From positions 1-54,367 of the forward strand of contig JAYUEN010000113.1 of assembly GCA_043739185.1 (NCBI GenBank): a stretch of 54,367 nucleotides of DNA, written 5' to 3'. The position numbers and the translations under genes were made by a program. This document shows positions 7,941 through 17,754 of this stretch, piece after piece (within the stretch, counting starts at the first letter, position 1; the number at the start of each line of letters is the position of its first letter). The stretch is from Bdellovibrionales bacterium. GTDB lineage: Bacteria > Bdellovibrionota > Bdellovibrionia > Bdellovibrionales > JAMPXM01. The notes under the pieces were generated by a model. The model was not told the origin of the DNA. It saw only the letters and a list, made by a program, of their open reading frames with translations, and ran no database searches.

Positions 7941-8981
7941 TCAAAAATTGAGTCCCTGCTGAGTGATCTTCTGAAGTTTCAAACCCGTCAGTGGAGCCGC
8001 TAGATCGCGACCAAAAAGTTCAGACAGAAACGGAATCAATACAAATCCGGTTGCGGCGAATAAGAGTCCGCGAAAAACTACTTGTACGGGATACAATGCC
8101 TTACTCTTCTGCTCGTCGGTCCCAAGTTGAATCTCGTAAGTCCACTCACCAATACTTTGTCCAAAAATAGTGCTGCGAGAAACCAAGATGTACATTTGCA
8201 AAACCATTAAAAATAAAATGCCAATTTGTGCTTGTACAAAATGATCTGTTTTAGAGTTTGAAAGAAGTCCTACCAAGTCTGCTTTGGTAACAAGTAATAC
8301 TCCCACCAAGAGTGTCAGACTCACACCGATTGCAAAAATCGAATCAAGTATGGCTGCTGGAATGCAAGTCACAAGAGTTAAATCTTGAGTCTTTTTTAAA
8401 GTCATGGTGGCAGAAGTCGCCGTCATTGGGTTTGCGGTCTTGGTATGAAGCGAAAAGCCCACTTTCGCATTAGGCGCTATCGTATTTGAAAGCGACGTCG
8501 CTGCGGGATTCATGCTTGAGCTCGAAAGCTTTTGCTCATTCGTTAACTTGTTTTTCTCAATGGCTTGATTGCGAAGAGCGCTCAATGAGGCAGGCGCTCC
8601 TGGTACCGGTATGCTAAAGCTTGCCGCTTTTGTGAGATTATTTTGCTTCGGCAAATTGGGCGAAGAATAATCTTTTCGCCCTATCGGCTCATAAATTTTA
8701 GTACGATCCGGAGTGGTCTTTGGCAAATTCAATTCTTGCGCAAATTTTTTGGTTTCTTTCAAAGAATCTTCATCTAAAAAATTATACTCTGGCTTTAAGC
8801 TCGGAATAAATGCTGGCTTAGTCGATGCCGATTCTGGAGAGTTATTTTTAATCGGCGTAGGCTTTTGATCCTGTCTCTGCACGCTATTTGTTTGCGTATC
8901 AGAACTTGGAGTATTCGTATTGCGATGAAAACCTAAACCCTCAGTGATTGGCTTAAATTCGAGATCTTCAAATAGTTCCAT
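7941..8981 (-). CDS. RDD-family membrane protein with long disordered N-terminus
   Basis: FKPITEGLGFH N-terminus; C-terminal TM helices with AAILD...GQSIGEW, as in RDD domains. Confidence 0.7.
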   Translation of the reverse strand: MELFEDLEFKPITEGLGFHRNTNTPSSDTQTNSVQRQDQKPTPIKNNSPESASTKPAFIPSLKPEYNFLDEDSLKETKKFAQELNLPKTTPDRTKIYEPIGRKDYSSPNLPKQNNLTKAASFSIPVPGAPASLSALRNQAIEKNKLTNEQKLSSSSMNPAATSLSNTIAPNAKVGFSLHTKTANPMTATSATMTLKKTQDLTLVTCIPAAILDSIFAIGVSLTLLVGVLLVTKADLVGLLSNSKTDHFVQAQIGILFLMVLQMYILVSRSTIFGQSIGEWTYEIQLGTDEQKSKALYPVQVVFRGLLFAATGFVLIPFLSELFGRDLAAPLTGLKLQKITQQGLNF

Positions 8982-8990
8982 TTCGCCTCC

Positions 8991-9794
8991 TCATTCCTGC
9001 TGCCGCCCGCTTTCAAGTTCATACTTTATGACGCTCACAAGGGCGACGCAAGCCGTTTCAACACGTAATACTTGAGATCCTAAAGTAATTGCTTTCAAAG
9101 AGCATTTTTTAAACAATTCAACCTCATGTTCCGAAAACCCACCCTCACTACCAACAAATACATAAATTTTCTGGATTTCTGTCGATGGCTTAAAGTTTTG
9201 AAGAATTTCATGGAGATAGGATTTTAGGCCGCATTTAGCCTCGCCTTCATAAGCAAATACACCGGATACGAGACTCCCGGGAGTAAGACTCGCGGCCTGC
9301 TGCTCTCGGTTAAAAACTTGCAATAATTCGCTCAATTGTAAAGCTGGGAGGATCGGCATGATATCGCCGCGCCCAGATTGCTGAGTGGCTCCCTGAATGA
9401 TCTTTTGAAAACGCGGTCCCTTTTTGACCAGAACATCATCTGGCTTTCGAATAAAACTATAATCGCTAAAAAAAGGCTGAATCGAATGTACACCTAACTC
9501 TACTGATTTTTCGAGAATATTTTCAAAGACGTTAAATCGTGGCAGGCTCACTGCCAAAATCAAATGGGGTTTTGAAATGGGCTCGATCTCTCTTTCTTCA
9601 AGAATTTTTGCTAAAGACTCATTTTTACTTTCAGAAACAATCTCAACAAAATAGGCTTTGCGATTTTCACTTAAAACTTCGAAGCGGTCCTTAAGACGCA
9701 TGCGACACACATCTCGAATATGATGAAGGATCTCCCCCTGAAGTCTTATAGATTCAACGTCGATGAAATTTAGTGGCACCCAATATCTTCGCAT
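8991..9794 (-). CDS. rsmE: 16S rRNA m3U1498 methyltransferase
   Basis: HHIRDVCR, EKSVELGV, QQSGR, VGSEGGFS and LGSQVLRVETA (SPOUT). Confidence 0.95.
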   Translation of the reverse strand: MRRYWVPLNFIDVESIRLQGEILHHIRDVCRMRLKDRFEVLSENRKAYFVEIVSESKNESLAKILEEREIEPISKPHLILAVSLPRFNVFENILEKSVELGVHSIQPFFSDYSFIRKPDDVLVKKGPRFQKIIQGATQQSGRGDIMPILPALQLSELLQVFNREQQAASLTPGSLVSGVFAYEGEAKCGLKSYLHEILQNFKPSTEIQKIYVFVGSEGGFSEHEVELFKKCSLKAITLGSQVLRVETACVALVSVIKYELESGRQQE

Positions 9795-9808
9795 AACTTA
9801 CTAAGCCT

Positions 9809-10696
9809 TCAAGATTCGATTAAAAAGGCCACCCATTCGCCATCTTCGATACGCTCTCGGACTTTTAAATTGGTATCTTTAAGAAATTGGGCGAGGAATT
9901 GTTCAGCTCGTTCTTTGAGAATTCCTGACATAATAATTTTGCCGTCTTTAGCTCTAAGCCTGAGAACATCATTTTTTATCGTCAATAAAACACCATCGAT
10001 GATATTGGCTATGATCAAGTCAAACGAATCTTTAATTTGCGCTACTTCTTTTTCTGGAATTTCAATTTTTTTGCAGTTGTTATTTTCAATATTTTCACGT
10101 GCTACTCGGCGTGCCTCAGGATCATTGTCGATCGCCAAAATTTTACCAGCACCCATTTTTTCAGCTATGATCGACAAAATTCCGGTGCCGGTTCCAACAT
10201 CCAAAACCATTGTAGGCGTTTGCAAGCGAATCCAATTTCGCACAATCAATTGCGCTGCAAGCTTGGTGGTTTCGTGAGTACCTGTTCCAAATGCCATTCC
10301 GGGTTCCATCTTAATAATTTGTTTAGCTTCTTTGGGAGCCTCTCGCCAAGAGGGCACAATCCAAAACGGATCAACAAATAAAAAAGACTCAAAGCCCTTT
10401 TTCCATTCTTCTAACCAATCACGATCTTGCTCAATGAAGCGCTCGGCTTTTGTGTCTGAAAATTCGACCTCAAGTTTTAGAAAAAAATTCTCAGGTGGTT
10501 GTTCCGGAAAGATCACATTAACATTGATTTTTTCGGTCTCGCGAATCTCCGCTGTATAAATTAAGTCGGGTTGCGTGAATTCGAGTTCTTCAAAAACACC
10601 CTGCGCACCATGCTCAAAACAAAAGGAGGTAAAATAATCTTCGCTGGCTTGATCTAAGTTTTTGACCAAAACTCGGCAGTAAAATCCACCTAGCAT
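9809..10696 (-). CDS. prmA: Ribosomal protein L11 methyltransferase
   Basis: DWLEEWKK, PGMAFGTGTHETT, LDVGTGTGILSI, ANI and SGI motifs. Confidence 0.96.
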   Translation of the reverse strand: MLGGFYCRVLVKNLDQASEDYFTSFCFEHGAQGVFEELEFTQPDLIYTAEIRETEKINVNVIFPEQPPENFFLKLEVEFSDTKAERFIEQDRDWLEEWKKGFESFLFVDPFWIVPSWREAPKEAKQIIKMEPGMAFGTGTHETTKLAAQLIVRNWIRLQTPTMVLDVGTGTGILSIIAEKMGAGKILAIDNDPEARRVARENIENNNCKKIEIPEKEVAQIKDSFDLIIANIIDGVLLTIKNDVLRLRAKDGKIIMSGILKERAEQFLAQFLKDTNLKVRERIEDGEWVAFLIES

Positions 10697-11141
10697 AAAT
10701 CCTCCTCATTTGGCCTCATTTTATAGCAAAACCATGACTGCGCAGCAACTAAAGAAATGAAGGCGAAGCTTAAGTTAGGAAAAAATCATAATATTTTCAC
10801 GCTTTTTAGACATTCCTTCTGAGTCCTGTCTAAGTTTCGGGCCAAATTTCGATTTGATAAAAATCACTTTCATGCGAGTTGAGTGGTTCCATTACTTTTA
10901 TTAGAGAGAAGAGAACTTAGGTTAGGTCTCAAGATGATCTAAAAAGATTTCAATTTTTCGCAATATGTTTTCAAATATTATCAAGTTAATATTTGGTATC
11001 AGCAATGAGTTTTCCCAAATGAAATGTGCCCACTTTCACTAACACCTCGTGCCTTTACTTTAAAAAATGCCACCAACAAAATCTATCGGTAGATCTTATC
11101 ACCTTTTTAATCTTAAATAATTTTAAGGGAGACTATATAGC

Positions 11142-11813
11142 ATGATGCTTAAAAAATATTTTACGGCACAATTTGAAGCCAGTTTCACCCGATATTTAAC
11201 CTATTTGGCAGGATGCCTTGTCTTTTCAATCGGAGCCAAACTCTTTATCGACTCTAAACTGGGTACAGATCCTCTAGATGTTCTCTGCATTGGCATGACG
11301 AAGCACTTACCTATTACAATCGGAATTGCATCCGGAATTATTGCCATAGTATTTCTGAGTACCTGGTCTCTATGGAATAAAAAGCTGCCGCCCCTAACTC
11401 CTTTTTTCACTACCTTTTCGGTCGGCTGTTTGATTGACCTCTGGAATTGGCTTCAGATTCAAAAACTGACTATGTATTTCTTGCAGCCTGCATGGATGTT
11501 AGTTTTCGGAGTGCTCTTATGCGCCTACGCCTCTTCACTCATCATTATGAGCGGAATCGGAATTCGCATAATGGATTTAGTGGCAATCACAATTGTTGAA
11601 AGATGGAACTGGTCATTTTTCAAAGCCAAAATGCTTTTAGAAATGATTTTATTTACAAGCGGCTGGGTTTTAGGCGGGCCTGTTGGTTTCGGCACCATGG
11701 CTTTTCTGATGGTCGTTGGCCCTTTTATTCAGCCCTTTATGTCGCTCAACGAACGGCATTTAGAAATGACCAATTACGGAATTTCAAAAAACCAAGAATC
11801 CGTAACAGAATAA
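11142..11813 (+). CDS. YczE/YyaS/YitT-family membrane protein
   Basis: Internally duplicated TM pattern with LGTDPLDV and GWVLGGPVGFGT. Confidence 0.85.
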   Translation: MMLKKYFTAQFEASFTRYLTYLAGCLVFSIGAKLFIDSKLGTDPLDVLCIGMTKHLPITIGIASGIIAIVFLSTWSLWNKKLPPLTPFFTTFSVGCLIDLWNWLQIQKLTMYFLQPAWMLVFGVLLCAYASSLIIMSGIGIRIMDLVAITIVERWNWSFFKAKMLLEMILFTSGWVLGGPVGFGTMAFLMVVGPFIQPFMSLNERHLEMTNYGISKNQESVTE

Positions 11814-11869
11814 ATTTTTGATCAACTTAAAGATAATTTTTAATCAGATTTTTTAGAAGGAGTGATTTT

Positions 11870-13504
11870 ATGATTTTAAATTCTAAACTTTTGGCCTTCT
11901 TGATTGCAGGGATTCTTTCTTCAAGCGTGGCTTGGTCGATGCCAAAAGCCAAATCTAAATCCGGAAAGATAGACCAGGTAACTTATGCAAAAATTGTTGA
12001 GGAGCTCTCACCGAAGATCAGTCATACAGCCGAGGAGCCACTTTATACTCCTGCTGAAATTGAAAAGATAAAAACTGAAATTGCGAACCAAAGAACACCT
12101 GCCACTGGTGACGGCACAGCCGCAAGCCAAGAGTTCAAAGATTTAGCAGACGAACTTTTAAGAATAAGTTCTGCGCCTCGCCCCTCGTTTGACAAACCTG
12201 AACTATTGACCACCAATACAGATCGACTCGAGATTTTTTTGGCTAAATTAGAACACGACTATAAGGATTATAAAAATACCGATACCAAGCTTTTTGCTTC
12301 ACAATTTATTCCGCTCAGAACTTTACGCGGAGTCGTCTGGAAAATGATCGGCTTATTTCAAGACCGTGACACTCGACCCGCTCACTCATTGGCTTTAACA
12401 GCCTTTAAGAGTTTTGCCGGGCAAATGAATATTGCCATCCCAGATAAGTCCTGGGAAGTAGGTTTTGATTACATCACCCAACCCTATGTTCGAGACATGG
12501 TAACCAAAGATGGCTCTAGCATCGAACTTTCAAAGGCGTTTGCAGATCTCGCTGAGTTTCAGGGCTTCATGGCTCAATTTCGCGAGGTACTTGAAACCTC
12601 ACGAACGCAACTATTTGAATTGAAGGTATCAGACGGCGGGCCCGTTGTTCTCTGGGATCAAAAAGTTTTCTTTGGACCAAAGAGTTTAAAAGATGACCTC
12701 AAGAGATATAAAAGAGTTGGTGAGCTAGAAAAGCAATTGATGCTTTCAAATCTCTTTTTTACACTTTCACAGCTGGATTTTATGTTGGCTTATAGTCTTA
12801 ATGGCGCACTTGATTTGTCGACCAAAATTGGTTGGACCTTTGGTATTGACGGCCAATTTATAGCTGGCGTTGAAGGTGTGACCGCCCAAGACTTTCACGA
12901 TAAAATTTTAAAGCAGCATCCTGAAGTTGGAATTGGAATGAACAATAGAGTGGCTAAGGTGCAGGAGGCCTTCAAAAATCTAAAACACGCCACCGGAACC
13001 CTCGAATTGGCTTGGGAAAGGACAAAAGAGAGCCGAAATGGCGGAGTTTGGCTCTTGAATTCAGGTTATGTGCTGCGCGATCGCTCCTTTGTCGATTCAA
13101 AATTCATAGACTTTGCAAGAGCTCTTAAAAATCGAGTCATGATTAAGAATAGCATTACGGGTGAAGAAGCGATGGTTGATATTCCTGCATTTTTAAATTC
13201 TGGCGGGCCTAAAAAACTTGCGGACTTACTTCCCACGAGCTTCACTCCAGGTCTTAAAGGAAATTCAGAGTGGATCACAATAGTTTTAACTGACAGCAAT
13301 AAAGTGCAACATACTTCTGAATTTCGTGATTATCGCAAGGGCAGCCCACGAGGATATGATCGTTCAAAATTTGCTTTGTTATTTCCCAATTTAGCGAAGC
13401 CCGAATTCAATAATGATCAAGAGCTCAACAGATCTCTTCGAGTCCTCAATTCAGTTTTAGGAAATTTTACTGCCATTAGTCTCCTCGGTGGAGTTCCACA
13501 ATAG
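11870..13504 (+). CDS. Large hypothetical secreted protein
   Basis: 544-aa ORF, AAGGAG SD, signal peptide ending SVAWS; no recognised domain. Confidence 0.8.
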   Translation: MILNSKLLAFLIAGILSSSVAWSMPKAKSKSGKIDQVTYAKIVEELSPKISHTAEEPLYTPAEIEKIKTEIANQRTPATGDGTAASQEFKDLADELLRISSAPRPSFDKPELLTTNTDRLEIFLAKLEHDYKDYKNTDTKLFASQFIPLRTLRGVVWKMIGLFQDRDTRPAHSLALTAFKSFAGQMNIAIPDKSWEVGFDYITQPYVRDMVTKDGSSIELSKAFADLAEFQGFMAQFREVLETSRTQLFELKVSDGGPVVLWDQKVFFGPKSLKDDLKRYKRVGELEKQLMLSNLFFTLSQLDFMLAYSLNGALDLSTKIGWTFGIDGQFIAGVEGVTAQDFHDKILKQHPEVGIGMNNRVAKVQEAFKNLKHATGTLELAWERTKESRNGGVWLLNSGYVLRDRSFVDSKFIDFARALKNRVMIKNSITGEEAMVDIPAFLNSGGPKKLADLLPTSFTPGLKGNSEWITIVLTDSNKVQHTSEFRDYRKGSPRGYDRSKFALLFPNLAKPEFNNDQELNRSLRVLNSVLGNFTAISLLGGVPQ

Positions 13505-14577
13505 AACTTTCAGCATCTATTCTTCTTGTTGGAGCCACGGGTTATACCGGACAACTCGTGGCTGAAGAGCTGTTAAAGAGAAAAATAAGTTTTCAGATTA
13601 CAGGACACAGTCTCGAAAAACTTTCTCCCCTCGCCTCGAACTGGCATGTGCCGTTCTTTTCAATGAATCTTGAAGTGGCTTCCGAACTTAAAAAAATTCC
13701 TTCTGAAATTAAATATATCTTAAATTGCGCAGGTCCTTTTAATTTGTTTGCGGTAAATTTATTAGAATATATTTCTTCAAAAAAAATAATTTATCTCGAT
13801 GTTTCCGGCGAAGAGTCTTTTGTTTATAATTCTTATCAGCAAAATGAAAAAACTCAAAGCACCCTCATTCACGCTTGTGCCTTTGAATCTTTTGTTGCAG
13901 ACGCCCTGGCCTTGCGCTTAAAAAAAACTAACTTAAGCTTTTTAGGGCTTTCTTCATTTTATTATTTTTCAAATCCAAGGGTTTCTCCCGGGACTCGCTT
14001 GTCGATGCAGCTCGTGAGACATTTTCAAAATCATGCTTATGAAAATTCAAAATGGATAAATTGTGCTCCGGGAGAAAAAAATCTCGAAATTCGCTTTGAA
14101 GGTCTCGATAGTAAGTATTGTAAAGCTATCTTTGCTCCTTACCCAGAAGTGGTGTTTTTTGCGAGCGCCCATAAAAGTCAGAATGCGCACTCGTATATTT
14201 TAACCAAAGAAAATGATTGGACCCCATTTGGTAATGACCCAAAAGAAGAAAAATCGATTGAGCAATTGTTAGTTAAGCACCGAAGTCTCAATCGGCCCGG
14301 TCCAGATCTTGAGGACAGAAAAGACGGCCGTTTTATGGTTGGTGTTCATGCGACTTATCAAGACCAAAGCGTAGGTCGCGCTCAAGTATTTGGCTTCGAC
14401 ACTTATCAAATCACCGCCAGCATAATAGTTGAAATGCTTGAAGCTTTGAGAAGATTACCTGAGCTTCCGAGCGGAGTATTTGCCCCCTCACAGCTAGTTG
14501 ATTCATTTCATATTTTGGAGTCACTCAGAGAGGAATTTTCTCTTAGTTTTAATTTTCAGGCTTCAAGCTCGGGATGA
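13501..14577 (+). CDS. Saccharopine dehydrogenase-like NAD(P)-binding oxidoreductase (trans-acting enoyl reductase-like family)
   Basis: The frame is open upstream of GTG 13558 and encodes the Rossmann motif ILLVGATGYTGQLV. It also has LNCAGPF, YLDVSGE and SPGT. The start is inferred at ATA 13501. Confidence 0.8.
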   Translation: MELSASILLVGATGYTGQLVAEELLKRKISFQITGHSLEKLSPLASNWHVPFFSMNLEVASELKKIPSEIKYILNCAGPFNLFAVNLLEYISSKKIIYLDVSGEESFVYNSYQQNEKTQSTLIHACAFESFVADALALRLKKTNLSFLGLSSFYYFSNPRVSPGTRLSMQLVRHFQNHAYENSKWINCAPGEKNLEIRFEGLDSKYCKAIFAPYPEVVFFASAHKSQNAHSYILTKENDWTPFGNDPKEEKSIEQLLVKHRSLNRPGPDLEDRKDGRFMVGVHATYQDQSVGRAQVFGFDTYQITASIIVEMLEALRRLPELPSGVFAPSQLVDSFHILESLREEFSLSFNFQASSSG

Positions 14578-15719
14578 GTATGAACAGTGTCAATAGATAA
14601 ACTCACAGCTCTAAAGGCATTTTTCAGATCTAATTTTAAATCATCTGGATCTTCAAAACCAAAACACAATCTCACTAAGCCCTCATCTAGACCAATCGCA
14701 TATTTCTCCTCAGCGCTCATTGAAGCATGACTGCCAGTAAATGGTTGTGCTACCATTGAAGTGACCGCCGCCATGCCAGTGCCGGTTTTGAAGAGTCTTA
14801 AATGACGAATAAACTCTGCATATTTATTTTTGAGATCATCGCGAAATTGAAAAAACACAATGCCGCCATAGGCTTTAAGCTGCTCGCCATCAACCTTTGG
14901 ATAGAAAACACTTTTAATCTCAGGAAAATTCTTTAGATAAGCTAGCATTTCTTTTGTTATGCGTTCATGTTCACGCATTCTCAACGGCAGGGTCTGAAGA
15001 CTACGGCAAAGTAACCAAGCACTATGAGGCGCCAATATACAACCCGTGAAAAAACGATCTTGCTTGAGCTGCTCATGTAAATCTTCACGGTTGGTCAAAA
15101 TCACTCCGCCCATGACATCACTATGGCCAGAAAAATACTTTGTGGCACTATGAAGCGAAAGATCGGCTCCCCATTTTGTAGGTGACTGAAACATGGGCGT
15201 CGCCCAGGTATTATCTACCACCACAAGTGCATTGGGATTATTGGCCTTAACAAGCTTTGAAACCTCAGCAATTGAAATGCTTTTTAAAAATGGATTGGTT
15301 GGGGTTTCAAATAATACCATATTTGTCCGCGCGGGAATCTTGAAATGATTTTCTCTTTTAGATAGGTCGAGACTGACTAACTTTATTTTTCGGCGCGCAG
15401 CCACTCGTTGAAAATATTTAAAGGAACAGCCATAAATATCCTGATTCACCACCAAAGTATCGCCGGGCTCAAGCAAATCGATCGTCAATGAGATCGCACT
15501 CATTCCGGTTGTTACTGAAATGGCAAATTCAGTTCCTTCTAAAGTTTTGACAACTTTTTCAAACTCCTCAGAATTCGGATTGGATTTGCGGGTATAAAAA
15601 TGACTTGATCCAGACTGAAAGGCGCTACATTGAAAGAGCGGTGTGGTCACCGGCAGGGAACCTTCAATGGCTACTTTAGTAATTAAAGCCTTGGTTGTAG
15701 CTTTAAATTCTTGATCCAT
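14556..15719 (-). CDS. Cys/Met-metabolism PLP enzyme (cystathionine gamma-synthase/lyase family)
   Basis: YTRKSNPN, TGMSAI, FETPTNP, VVDNTWATP, HSATKYFSGHSD (PLP Lys) and LVRLCFGFED. Confidence 0.93.
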   Translation of the reverse strand: MDQEFKATTKALITKVAIEGSLPVTTPLFQCSAFQSGSSHFYTRKSNPNSEEFEKVVKTLEGTEFAISVTTGMSAISLTIDLLEPGDTLVVNQDIYGCSFKYFQRVAARRKIKLVSLDLSKRENHFKIPARTNMVLFETPTNPFLKSISIAEVSKLVKANNPNALVVVDNTWATPMFQSPTKWGADLSLHSATKYFSGHSDVMGGVILTNREDLHEQLKQDRFFTGCILAPHSAWLLCRSLQTLPLRMREHERITKEMLAYLKNFPEIKSVFYPKVDGEQLKAYGGIVFFQFRDDLKNKYAEFIRHLRLFKTGTGMAAVTSMVAQPFTGSHASMSAEEKYAIGLDEGLVRLCFGFEDPDDLKLDLKNAFRAVSLSIDTVHTHPELEA

Positions 15720-15743
15720 CTTGGTTCCTTCCGCCTATTTAAA

Positions 15744-17171
15744 TTAAAGAGTCGCACTCGTCTGAGTTTGGCCATTCACACCTTCATCGGTCATGGCCGC
15801 AACCACCGGAAAATGTGCGCGATCTAGGACGGGTAATATATCAATCTCTTGATCATTGTCCCAGCTCACTTCAATTCCTGATTCTTGATCTGAGGCTCTT
15901 GAAATGATCACCCGGGTGAGGCCAGAGCCACCCAATTGATAATTCTCTAAATGTTTTCCACCAGCATGTTTAATTTGAACATTTGCCATTTTACTTTGGC
16001 CTTTGTTTCTCGCTACCAAGTGCACACTCTTAACGTCTTTGGTCCAATTAAAATGAGAAGAATGAAGCGCATGAATTGCGCTTGGTTCTTTGCGCGCTCG
16101 CTCTTTGGCCATCCAAGGTTCTTTGATTGGTGAAGCTGCTCCGCAGTTTGAACAATTTCCTTGAGCATCTAGCCCGAGTACTTCACCAGTTAAGCCAAAG
16201 CGCTTCACTTGTAGGTGATCGCATTTTTCACATTTGGTATCACTAACTCCGCCCTCATAAACATTACCAAGATAACAATATTTCAATCCTGCTGCCTTTG
16301 CCAATTTGTGGGCATTGAGCAAAATTGAAATTGGAGTGCGTTCGACATGGGTGTATTTAAAAGCAGGATGGGCGCCGACAAAATGAAGTGGAATGCGATC
16401 GCCTATATTATTTAAAACCCAATCAATGGTTTTTTTAATATCTTCGGATTTCTCGTTTAACTCCATTACCAAAAGCTGACTCACCTCTAAATGTTTACCC
16501 GACGCTGCCACTTGTTTGATGCGATCGAGAACCGGCTGCATTTCACCCTTGGTGATTTTTCGATAAAATTCTGGCGACATTGATTTCAATGAAACGCTGA
16601 AAATATCAATAACATCGATCAACTCACTAACAGGTTTTTCTTCTATATAAAAAGCAGATTTATACAGAGTTTTAATACCGGCTTTGTTAGCAAGCTTTGA
16701 GGTTTCATAAACAAATTCATGCCAAACCACTGGATCATTGTAGGTCCAAGAAATGATACCTATATTGTTTTGCTGTGCGAGCTTGATGATTTGCTCAGGT
16801 GTATAGGTGTGCACAACATTATCATCTAAATATTTCACCTGTGAGGTTTGCCAATTTTGGCAATAGTCACAAGCCATCATACAACCAATATTGCCAAGGC
16901 TCAAAATACGTGCGCCAGGCGCAAAGTGATAGATGGCTTCGGTTTCAACGCATTCTTCGGTTGCAGCAACAGATTTACCAAAATTATAGGTTTGAAATTC
17001 TCCGTCTTTATTGCCCCGAACTTTACAAAAACCCATTTGACCAGGAGAGGTCTTGCAATGTCTTGGGCATAAAGTGCATTCGACACGGCCGCCATCTTCT
17101 TTAAAAGGCTTCCAGTGCATGGCGATTTGTGAGGTATCTTTCCAACTTAGTTTATTTATGATCTCAGACAT
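15744..17171 (-). CDS. Radical SAM enzyme, AmmeMemoRadiSam (AmrS)-like, with C-terminal extension
   Basis: N-terminal CTLCPRHC...GFCKVR, CMMACDYCQNWQTSQ (CxxxCxxC), TYNDP, YCYLGNV and C-terminal CEKC...CSNCG. Confidence 0.88.
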   Translation of the reverse strand: MSEIINKLSWKDTSQIAMHWKPFKEDGGRVECTLCPRHCKTSPGQMGFCKVRGNKDGEFQTYNFGKSVAATEECVETEAIYHFAPGARILSLGNIGCMMACDYCQNWQTSQVKYLDDNVVHTYTPEQIIKLAQQNNIGIISWTYNDPVVWHEFVYETSKLANKAGIKTLYKSAFYIEEKPVSELIDVIDIFSVSLKSMSPEFYRKITKGEMQPVLDRIKQVAASGKHLEVSQLLVMELNEKSEDIKKTIDWVLNNIGDRIPLHFVGAHPAFKYTHVERTPISILLNAHKLAKAAGLKYCYLGNVYEGGVSDTKCEKCDHLQVKRFGLTGEVLGLDAQGNCSNCGAASPIKEPWMAKERARKEPSAIHALHSSHFNWTKDVKSVHLVARNKGQSKMANVQIKHAGGKHLENYQLGGSGLTRVIISRASDQESGIEVSWDNDQEIDILPVLDRAHFPVVAAMTDEGVNGQTQTSATL

Positions 17172-17754
17172 TTAGTTCTCCCTCGGTTTTATGTGAAACT
17201 TGGTAACCGCGAATTTGAAACTCATTTACCAAATCTTCTTTTTTAAACGGAATTAGCTTATCAATCACAGCTCTTTCAGCAAGAATAAAATTCAACATTT
17301 TTTTACTTCCGAATCGCTGTTCTGCTTCATCTGAAAAGTCTTTCAGAGTTAATTTTACGTCAAGACGGTGTAACTGAAGGCGGGGATCCTCAAAACTTTT
17401 GCTTTGATAGCGCTCCGTCTCAATACCGATCTTTTTAGAATTGCTAAGAACTTTCGTATTCTTTGAAAAAAATCTTGAGTAACGGAGAGTTTCCCAGGGC
17501 TCAAGACCGAGCATTAAATCGAGGTCACCCTCAAGCATTTGTGTCGAGTAATTTCTTGCTTCAGGCTCATTCTTAAAGAACAATCGCAATACTGAATGAA
17601 TTGAGCCCAGCTGCTGAGCACCACCCTTGTGAATCGAACTCTGAACTAAGATCTTATGTTTCTCACAGAGTGCGACCAATATTTGGGTCAAAGTCATGAC
17701 CCCTTGGCCACCAACACCTGCAATGATCATATCAAAAGAGTTTTTAGGATTCAT
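17164..17754 (-). CDS. iorB: Indolepyruvate/2-oxoacid:ferredoxin oxidoreductase beta subunit-like
   Basis: IIAGVGGQGV, HKGGAQQLGSIHS and DLMLGLEPWETLRY. Start taken at ATG 17754, overlapping the iorA end. Confidence 0.85.
   Translation of the reverse strand: MNPKNSFDMIIAGVGGQGVMTLTQILVALCEKHKILVQSSIHKGGAQQLGSIHSVLRLFFKNEPEARNYSTQMLEGDLDLMLGLEPWETLRYSRFFSKNTKVLSNSKKIGIETERYQSKSFEDPRLQLHRLDVKLTLKDFSDEAEQRFGSKKMLNFILAERAVIDKLIPFKKEDLVNEFQIRGYQVSHKTEGELNV

Noticed and set aside
10700..11140. Riboswitch (SAM or other) upstream of the YczE-like gene
   Set aside because: I could not find the conserved cores of SAM-I or other riboswitches by eye; an Rfam scan would settle it.
15744..17171. Complete AmmeMemoRadiSam system or pyruvate formate-lyase activase
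   Set aside because: No AMMECR1, Memo or glycyl-radical enzyme gene is present in the window.
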